A stretch of 64,000 nt of DNA from Candidatus Marinacidobacterium sp. (GTDB taxonomy: Bacteria; Acidobacteriota; Vicinamibacteria; Marinacidobacterales; Marinacidobacteraceae): NCBI GenBank assembly GCA_965204755.1, contig OZ242011.1:3328001-3392000 (forward strand). Direction: 5' to 3'. Of this stretch, positions 57,312 to 64,000 are shown piece after piece. The position numbers and the translations under genes are program-made. Position 1 is the stretch's first letter, and the number at the start of each line of letters is the position of its first letter. The notes beneath the pieces were generated by a model, which worked only from the letters and a program-made list of their open reading frames with translations, did no database searches and was not told where the DNA came from.

Positions 57312-58283
57312 TCAGGGCAGGGAGTGGACGGAGGCTTCGGCGTCGGCGCAGCGGACGGTCGCGCCGGGAGGGACTTCCGCCGGGAGGATCGCCAGGGCCA
57401 GCGCCGGGCCGTTGCCCTCCCAGTCCGGCGGGCGGGGAGCGGAACTCGTGATCTCGGCTACGGAGTCTTCGCTGTAGTGGACGGCGGCGCCCGGCGGGGG
57501 CGGGTCGGCCGGCGCGCCGGCGAAGCGCAACTGGCGGAGGAGGCGGGGGACGCGGCCGCGGTGGGCCTGGCGGGCCACATATTCCTGACCGATGTAGCAG
57601 CCCTTGCCCAGCCGGACATGCGCCGCGAGACCGGCGGCGAGCGGGAGCGAGGTCTCGGAGAGTTCTCCACCCCAAGCCGGTTCCCCGGCGGCGAGCCGCA
57701 GGTAGGCCGTCTCCTCCGCGGAGGCTTCGGAAGCGCCGCTGTCCGCGAGACCGCGCGCGGCCTCGGCTGCGGCGCCCGCCGGCAGCCGAACCGTGAACGA
57801 CGGCCACGGGCGGAAATCGCGCCGGACGAAGCCGGCCTCCGTCTCGGCCGCCTCGCCGGGGGCGAGATCGGCCACGGCCTCGCCGTCGGCCGGGATCGAG
57901 ACCGCCAGCGCTTCCGCCGCTCGCTCGCCGAAGACCCGGATGCGCCGTCCGGCTTCGTCGTCCGCGATCTCCACGGCGTCGGCGATCCGGTAGCGGTCGA
58001 GCCCGTCGCGAAGCGCCGCGAGCCGCGCCGGTTCGGCGTCGAGGTACACCCGATCCGACAGCACGGTCGCCGCGGCGGCGGCGACCAGGTTCCCCTTCGG
58101 GCCGAGCAGCGCGGTACGGGCCGCGCCCGGCGGCTTCGGGAGGTCGCCGGACATGATGCGGGTGAGGAACGCCGCCCGGTCGGCCCCGGTAACCACGATC
58201 CCCGGCGCCGCGCCGCGCGCGGCTTGAACGAACCACGCCCGCCCGGCGGGGAGCGGGGCGAAGGGCGGCTCGGAACCGGTCAT
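57312..58283 (-). CDS. ygfZ: YgfZ/GcvT-family folate-binding protein
   Basis: V.G.D...FL, KGCYIGQE signature, ITS. Confidence 0.85.
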   Translation of the reverse strand: MTGSEPPFAPLPAGRAWFVQAARGAAPGIVVTGADRAAFLTRIMSGDLPKPPGAARTALLGPKGNLVAAAAATVLSDRVYLDAEPARLAALRDGLDRYRIADAVEIADDEAGRRIRVFGERAAEALAVSIPADGEAVADLAPGEAAETEAGFVRRDFRPWPSFTVRLPAGAAAEAARGLADSGASEASAEETAYLRLAAGEPAWGGELSETSLPLAAGLAAHVRLGKGCYIGQEYVARQAHRGRVPRLLRQLRFAGAPADPPPPGAAVHYSEDSVAEITSSAPRPPDWEGNGPALALAILPAEVPPGATVRCADAEASVHSLP

Positions 58284-58384
58284 CCGCCTCTATCCTAAGC
58301 GTCCGCCGCCGCGCTGCCCGGCGCCGGGAACCGGCCGTCGCGCCGCCCCCGACCGGGCAGCCCGCGCGCGCCGCCGCCAAGCCG

Positions 58385-59539
58385 ATGCATCTTCCCCGAG
58401 CCCTCGTCTCCGAGTCGTTCCTCCCGCCCGGCTCGGCGCTCGACTTCGACGCGGTCGGCGCTCCCCGGCGGCTGCGCCCCCGTCCGGTGGTGGCCGACGC
58501 GGACGCCGGGCGGGCGCTGCGGGCCGACCTGGCGTGGTTTTGGAACTCCAACGCCGACTGGGCGGACTCGCAGGTCGCGGTCGCCGAGGACTACGGGGAG
58601 ATCGCGGCGCGGCTCGTCGGGACGCTCGACCTCCGGCCGGACGACCGGGTGGTGCTCTCCCTTTCGGAACCGGACGGCCGCCGGGACGCCTGGATCGCGG
58701 CGCTGCCGGAAGGGACGGAGTTGGCCTTCTGGCCGCCGCGGGGCGACGGCCTGCTCCACCCGGAGGACCTGGAGGCGGCGCTGGACGAGCGGACGCGGCT
58801 GGTCCTCATGACCAAGGCCTGCCCGCTCACCGGGGCGGTGAACGAAGTCGTCCCGGTGGCGCAGCGGCTCGCCCCCCGGGGGATCGCCCTGTTCCTGGAA
58901 GCCAGCCACTTTGCGGCGCACGGGCCGCTCGACCTCCGCAACCTGCAGTGCGACGCCGTGGCGGTGGACGGCGCGGAACTGTTCGGCGCTTCGGGCGCGG
59001 CGGCTTGGGTGCGCCGCCCGGGGCCCGAAGCCGCGGAGGAAGTTGCCGCGGGCGAACTTCCCCCGGGCGTCGTGGCCGGGTGGAGTCGCGCCGTCCGCTA
59101 TGTCGAGCGGCTGGGCGAAGCGCCGGGGGCGCTGCCGGCGCCGCCCTCGGACCGGTTCGGGCGGCGGGAAGCCATGCGGCGGGGGATGCAGGGCGTGCGG
59201 CAAGAGGAGCGGGTGCTCTCGCGGACCCTCCTCCGGGGTCTCGCCCGCGTTTCCGGCATCTCCGTGCTCGGGGAAGCGGATCCCTGGCGCGCGGCGCTCC
59301 GCACGCCGGCGGTGAGTTTCGTTCCGGGGAACGGGATGACCGGCGGGGGCGGGGCGGCGCTGGCCGAGGCGCTCCGGCAGGCCGGGGCGGAGGTCGGCGG
59401 CGGCGACCTGGGTTGCCGCGGCGCGTTCGCGGTGCTCGACGCGGAAATGGAGGCCGGGGCGGTTCGGGTCTCGCTCGCCCACTACCACACCGCCGAGGAG
59501 ATCGAGCGGTTCCTGGGCGTTCTCCGCGGGCTGGTGTAA
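58385..59539 (+). CDS. Class V aminotransferase / cysteine desulfurase-like protein, degenerate active site
   Basis: LDERTRLV, TG.VN.V, EASH..HG.LD..L.CD, RTP.VSF, VR.SL.HY.T.EEI.RF. The PLP lysine position reads GAELFG. Confidence 0.7.
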   Translation: MHLPRALVSESFLPPGSALDFDAVGAPRRLRPRPVVADADAGRALRADLAWFWNSNADWADSQVAVAEDYGEIAARLVGTLDLRPDDRVVLSLSEPDGRRDAWIAALPEGTELAFWPPRGDGLLHPEDLEAALDERTRLVLMTKACPLTGAVNEVVPVAQRLAPRGIALFLEASHFAAHGPLDLRNLQCDAVAVDGAELFGASGAAAWVRRPGPEAAEEVAAGELPPGVVAGWSRAVRYVERLGEAPGALPAPPSDRFGRREAMRRGMQGVRQEERVLSRTLLRGLARVSGISVLGEADPWRAALRTPAVSFVPGNGMTGGGGAALAEALRQAGAEVGGGDLGCRGAFAVLDAEMEAGAVRVSLAHYHTAEEIERFLGVLRGLV

Positions 59540-59613
59540 CGGCGGCTCGGGGGCCTCGCGGCCCTCGGCGGCGGGGGCGCGTACGATCCGCGGGAGGAAG
59601 GAGGCTCGTTCCG

Positions 59614-61290
59614 ATGCCGGACCGTTCCCGCGCGGGACTCCGCGCCGCCGCGGCGTTGCTCGCCGCCGGCTCTCTCGCGGCGCTGCTCGCCGTTGGCTGT
59701 TCTCCCTCCGGGGCGCCCGACGCCGGCGGGACGCACGACGACCTGGTCGCGCTCTTCGACGAGTGGCGCGCGTTCGAGCGGCCGACCTTCGTGGACGGCG
59801 TCCCGGACTACACCGCGGCGGCGATGGAGCGTCAGCACCGCGAACTCGCCGGTTTCCGCGCCCGCCTCGACGCGATGCCGCCGGACGACTGGCCGGTGGA
59901 CGAACAGGTGGACTGGCACCTCGCGCGCGCCGAGATGAACGGGCTGGACTTCGACCACCGCGTCCGGCGTCCGTGGGCGCGCGACCCGGCGTTCTATGTG
60001 GTCGTCTTCCCGGCGGAGAGCGATGTCCCGGCGCACGAAGGCGCGGTGATCCACGGGTTCGTGGATCTTTGGACCTACGACTACCCGCTCTCCCCGGAGG
60101 ACGCGGCCGAACTCGCCGGGCGCATCGGGAGTATTCCGGCGCTCCTGGAGCAGGCGCGGACGAACCTCGCGGAGTCGAACGCGAGGGACCTGTGGCTCGC
60201 CGGGTTCCGCGCGTTCGAGCGGCAGTCGAGCGACCTGGCGGCGTTCGGCGAACGCGCGGCCGGCGCGGGCGCCGAACTCGCCGCCGCCGTGGAAGCCGCG
60301 CGCTCCGCCAGCGATTCGTTCCGCGCCTGGCTGGAAGAGCAGGCGCCGAACAGGACCGGCCCCTCCGGGATCGGCGCCGACGAATACACCTGGTGGATGC
60401 GGCATGTGAACCTCGTCCCGTACTCCTGGGAGGAACAGGTCACGCTGATGCGGCGGGAACTGGCGCGTTCGCACGCTTCGCTGCGGCTCGCCGAAAACCG
60501 CAACCGGGACCTGCCGCCGTTGGAACGGATCGCTTCTCCGGAGGAATACGACCGGCGGCTGGACGAGTCCGTGGATCGCTACCTGGAGTTCCTCGAAGAG
60601 GAGGAAGTCCAGACCGTGGAACCCTGGATGGAGCCGGCGCTTCGTGCGGTGAACGGGACTTTCGCGCCGCTGGAGGACCCGGACGACCTCCGCAACTTCT
60701 TCAGCGAGGTGAACTACCGGGACCCCGACGCCTTCCGCCCGCACATGCACCACTGGATCGAACTGGCGGCGATGCGCGAAGCCCCGCACCCGAGCCCGAT
60801 CCGCGCGGTTCCGTCGCTCTTCAACATCTTCGCCGTACGTTCGGAAGGGCTCGCCACCGGGGTCGAGGAGATGTTCTTCCACCTCGGGCTGCTGCGGGAG
60901 TCGCCGCGGTCGGAGGAACTCACCTGGATCATGCTGGCGCAGCGCGCCGCCCGGGCGCTCTCCGGCCTCCGGCTCCACGGGCGCGAGTTCGACATGGAGG
61001 AAGCGGTGGCGCACGCCATGGAATGGACCCCGCGCGGCTGGCTCACCGAAGGCGACCTGGTGCGCGGCGAGCAGCACCTCTACCTGCGCCAGCCCGGATA
61101 CGGCACGAGTTATGTCGTCGGGAAGATCCAGATCGAGGAACTGCTGGCGGAGGTCGCGCTGCTGGCCGGCGACAACTTCACGATGCGGGACTTCTTCGAC
61201 CGGTTCTACGCCTCCGGGGTGATCCCGCTGACGCTGGTGCGGTGGGAGATGACCGGCAAGAAGCATCCGGTCCTGGATCTTCGTCCGTGA
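59614..61290 (+). CDS. DUF885-family lipoprotein
   Basis: Lipobox AVGC, PW.RDP.FY, RSEG.A...E, LRQPGYG.SY..GK, F...FFD.F...G.IP. GGAGG RBS. Confidence 0.75.
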   Translation: MPDRSRAGLRAAAALLAAGSLAALLAVGCSPSGAPDAGGTHDDLVALFDEWRAFERPTFVDGVPDYTAAAMERQHRELAGFRARLDAMPPDDWPVDEQVDWHLARAEMNGLDFDHRVRRPWARDPAFYVVVFPAESDVPAHEGAVIHGFVDLWTYDYPLSPEDAAELAGRIGSIPALLEQARTNLAESNARDLWLAGFRAFERQSSDLAAFGERAAGAGAELAAAVEAARSASDSFRAWLEEQAPNRTGPSGIGADEYTWWMRHVNLVPYSWEEQVTLMRRELARSHASLRLAENRNRDLPPLERIASPEEYDRRLDESVDRYLEFLEEEEVQTVEPWMEPALRAVNGTFAPLEDPDDLRNFFSEVNYRDPDAFRPHMHHWIELAAMREAPHPSPIRAVPSLFNIFAVRSEGLATGVEEMFFHLGLLRESPRSEELTWIMLAQRAARALSGLRLHGREFDMEEAVAHAMEWTPRGWLTEGDLVRGEQHLYLRQPGYGTSYVVGKIQIEELLAEVALLAGDNFTMRDFFDRFYASGVIPLTLVRWEMTGKKHPVLDLRP

Positions 61291-61352
61291 CCGTCGGCAT
61301 TCCCGCGCCGCGCCGGCGGCGCTGCCCGGCTTCGTAGAAAGGCGGTCGAGGC

Positions 61353-61763
61353 ATGTTCTTCACCCTCCTGTTCGTCACCTTCGTCCTCGCGCTCGCCGTC
61401 TCGTTCGGGACGGTGCGGTTCTTCCACCGCCCGATCGGCGCCATCCTCCGCCGGATCGTCGCCGACGAGTTGAGCGAGGCCTGGCGCCGGTACATCGAGT
61501 TCGCGGCGTATGTGGTCGGCGTCTCCGGCGGCGTGCGGATCCACGAGTTGGAGCGCTACATCTCCGCGCCGCACCGGGACGAGGAGATCCTGATCCTGAA
61601 CGCCGAGCGCTGGACGCTCGAGATCTACCGCACGGTGATCCAGACGCTTCAGAGCATCGCCTGGATGTTCCTGGTGGTGTTCATCGTCGCGCTGCTCGCG
61701 TATGTCCTGACGCGCGGTTTCGAGTTGCGGCGGAGCGGCGGTCCTCCGGGAGGCGCGTCCTGA
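61353..61763 (+). CDS. Hypothetical membrane protein
   Basis: Three hydrophobic helices, GAGG RBS, typical codon usage. Confidence 0.75.
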   Translation: MFFTLLFVTFVLALAVSFGTVRFFHRPIGAILRRIVADELSEAWRRYIEFAAYVVGVSGGVRIHELERYISAPHRDEEILILNAERWTLEIYRTVIQTLQSIAWMFLVVFIVALLAYVLTRGFELRRSGGPPGGAS

Positions 61764-62896
61764 GCCGGCGGTCTCCGCCGTTCGGCGCCTTCGCGCTGAC
61801 GGTCGGCCTCGCGTCCGCGGGCTTCGGCGCCGGCGCCGCCTCCGCGGAGGAAGTGTTTCGACTGGGGACCTTCGAGCGGCGGGGCGAAGCATTCCTCGGC
61901 GTCGTCCTGCGGGATGCGTTCGCGGTGGAACTCGACCGCGCCAACGCCTCGCTCGAACGCACCGAGCGTTTGTTCGTGCGTCTGCCGATGCCGGAGGACA
62001 TGAACGAACTCGCCGGGCGCTGGAACCTGGGGATGCGCGAACGCGTCCACGCCGTCGCCGAGCGCGTGACGCCGCTGCTCGACCTCCCGCCGGACGAGCG
62101 CCCGGTGTGGATCCACGAACTCGACGGGTTGCGCTACTTCCCGCCGGTGCGTCCGGGCCTGATCCTGGCCGCGGCGTTGAACTACGCCGCGCACGGCGAG
62201 GAGATGACCACCGGACGGGCGGCGGAGATGTCCGACGCCTCGGCGCTCGACGACGCCCCGGTCTCGATGGACCACTTCTGGGAGCGGGCGCCCGGCGACC
62301 GGCGGCAGAACCCCTACCTGTTCATCAAGTCCGGCGCCGTCACCGTCGGCCACGGCGAACCGATCCTCATGAAACCCGGCCGGGAGCAGTTGGACTGGGA
62401 ATGCGAACTCGCGGTGGTGATCGGGACGCCGGCGAGCGATGTCCCCGTGGCCGACGCGGAGCGCCACATCTTCGGCTACACGCTGATGAACGATGTGGGC
62501 GACCGCGAGGGCCGCGGCGACGACCGCTACGGCTCGGACTGGCTGGTCTGGAAGAGCAGCGAGACCTTCGCCCCGCTCGGGCCGTTCATCACCCCGGCGG
62601 AGTTCGTCCCAGACGCCCAGGTCCTCGACATCCGGTTCACGCTTTCCGGCGAAACCATGCAGGACGCGAACACCCGGCAGATGCAGCACCGCATCCCGGA
62701 ACTCGTCCACTTCGCCTCGAACAACCTGATCCTCCGTCCCGGCGATGTGATCGCGACGGGAACGCCCGACGGCGTCGGAGTCGCGCGCACTCCGCCGGTC
62801 TTCATGGAACCCGGCGACATCGCGTCCTGTTGGGTGGAGGGGATCGGGACGCTCGAGAACCCGATCCGGCTCTGGGCGGACGCCGGTCCTCGTTGA
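61760..62896 (+). CDS. Fumarylacetoacetate hydrolase family protein (probably secreted)
   Basis: LNYAAH, P.LF.K, LDWECEL.VVIG, GYT..ND..DR, K..ETF.P.GP, L.PGDVI.TGTP.GVG. Signal-like N-terminus from CTG61760; first canonical start is 61853. Confidence 0.85.
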   Translation: MSRRSPPFGAFALTVGLASAGFGAGAASAEEVFRLGTFERRGEAFLGVVLRDAFAVELDRANASLERTERLFVRLPMPEDMNELAGRWNLGMRERVHAVAERVTPLLDLPPDERPVWIHELDGLRYFPPVRPGLILAAALNYAAHGEEMTTGRAAEMSDASALDDAPVSMDHFWERAPGDRRQNPYLFIKSGAVTVGHGEPILMKPGREQLDWECELAVVIGTPASDVPVADAERHIFGYTLMNDVGDREGRGDDRYGSDWLVWKSSETFAPLGPFITPAEFVPDAQVLDIRFTLSGETMQDANTRQMQHRIPELVHFASNNLILRPGDVIATGTPDGVGVARTPPVFMEPGDIASCWVEGIGTLENPIRLWADAGPR

Positions 62897-62918
62897 GTAC
62901 CCCTCCGAGAGCCCCGAA

Positions 62919-64000
62919 GTGATCCGCGACCCGCTCGGCGTCTTCCTGGCGCTCGTCGGCGTGGTGTGCCTCGCAGTCTTTCTCGAGAGCCGTTTCCGCG
63001 CCGCGAAGACCCTGAGCGCCGGGTTGATGTGCCTGGTGTTCGGCATGGCGCTCTCGAACGGCGGAATCCTGCCCGGCGACGCGGCGGCCTACGACCAGTT
63101 GGGGACGATCTGGGTGAACGCCGCCATCGTCCTCATCCTGTTGTCCGTGGACCTGACGACGGTGCGGCAGGCGGGGCGGGCGATGCTCGCCGCCTTCGGC
63201 GTCGGCGCGGTCGGCACCATGCTCGGCGCGTTCCTCGCCGCCACGCTGCTCGGCGGGGCGATCGGGCCGGAGAGTTGGAAGTTGACCGGGCAGTTCACCG
63301 GCACCTACATCGGCGGCGGCGCTAACTTCTATGCCTTGGCCGGCGCCTTCGAGACCGATCCGAACCTGCTCTCCGCGGCGGTCGCCGCCGATGTGATCGT
63401 CACCGTCCTCTGGTTGATGGCCTGCCTGCTGCTCCCGGCGCTCCTCTCCCGCCGCCGCGCCGCCGCCCGCCCGGCGGAAGCGAAGCCGGACCCCGCCGCG
63501 CCGTTCACGCTGGAGCGGCGAATGAAGGAGAGCGGCGAGAGTCTGCGCGTCGTGGACTTCTTCGGCTTGGCGCTCGTCGCCCTCGGCGTGATGACCGCGG
63601 CGCGGTGGCTCGGTGACCTGGTTCCGGCGGTTCCTTCGGTGCTCTGGTTGACCACGCTGGCGCTCGTCCTCGGCCATACCGCGCCGGTCCGCCGGCTGCG
63701 CGGGGCTCCGGTGCTCGGTTACGGCGTGCTGCTGCTGTTCCTCGCCGGAAACGGCGCGCAGTCGCTGGTCTCCGCGATGCTCGCCGCCGGCCCGGCGCTC
63801 TTCCTGTTCGCCGCGGTTACCGTGGGCGTCCACGGCGCGGTGATCTTCGGCGTGGGCCGCCTGCTGCGCCTGGACGCGGGGACGCTCGCGGTGGCTTCGC
63901 AGGCGAATGTGGGCGGCGCGGCGTCCGCGGTCGCCATCGCTTCCGCCCGCGGTTACGGCGACCGCCTCGTGCCGGGGATCGCGGTGTCCCTCGCCGGCTA
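62919..64000 (+). CDS. DUF819-family membrane protein (runs off the window)
   Basis: LSN.G..P, GTYIGG..NF, ASQANVGGAASA, many TMs, open to the window end. Confidence 0.8.
   Translation, partial: MIRDPLGVFLALVGVVCLAVFLESRFRAAKTLSAGLMCLVFGMALSNGGILPGDAAAYDQLGTIWVNAAIVLILLSVDLTTVRQAGRAMLAAFGVGAVGTMLGAFLAATLLGGAIGPESWKLTGQFTGTYIGGGANFYALAGAFETDPNLLSAAVAADVIVTVLWLMACLLLPALLSRRRAAARPAEAKPDPAAPFTLERRMKESGESLRVVDFFGLALVALGVMTAARWLGDLVPAVPSVLWLTTLALVLGHTAPVRRLRGAPVLGYGVLLLFLAGNGAQSLVSAMLAAGPALFLFAAVTVGVHGAVIFGVGRLLRLDAGTLAVASQANVGGAASAVAIASARGYGDRLVPGIAVSLAG

Noticed and set aside
57214-58551. N-terminal extension of Res to 1447 aa
   Set aside because: The extension overlaps ygfZ in another frame and is low-complexity. 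Res homology starts near ENPILNNP.

Overview
This is a very GC-rich bacterial chromosomal window. Its gene content (form II cox cluster, many amidohydrolases, R-M and toxin-antitoxin load, an autotransporter relic) suggests a free-living or host-associated Acidobacteriota-like genome, which is inference only. Housekeeping and catabolic genes include coxSLM-DE-xdhC, an ABC transporter with an AttH-like gene, an SSS symporter, acyl-CoA dehydrogenase, a MeaB-epimerase fusion, tRNA-Val(CAC), pyk, cbs, ETF-QO, a LeuD-LeuC fusion, UGPase, ygfZ, DUF885 and FAH. Small accessory islets carry AAA ATPases, orphan antitoxins, a SLATT-like gene and a PD-(D/E)XK nuclease. A ~13 kb defence region carries an RHH + AccI-like type II R-M, rmuC, darTG and a type III R-M. 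The most unusual features are: (1) an unexplained non-coding locus at 28.8-29.2 kb with 15 co-oriented ACACAGG-core (AAAGACACAGGCT) boxes in two arrays around an AT-rich, IHF-like core; (2) an IS1634-family element flanked by a ~600 bp target duplication that splits an ABC permease into two overlapping, possibly functional halves; (3) an 8-bp tandem repeat inside the type III mod gene, a candidate phase-variation switch; (4) apparent avoidance of AGCT, ACGT and GTCGAC that breaks down mainly in mobile or defence DNA; (5) widespread leaderless-gene architecture; (6) a frame-rescued internally deleted AAA paralogue. All assignments come from reading motifs by eye, and no database searches were run.
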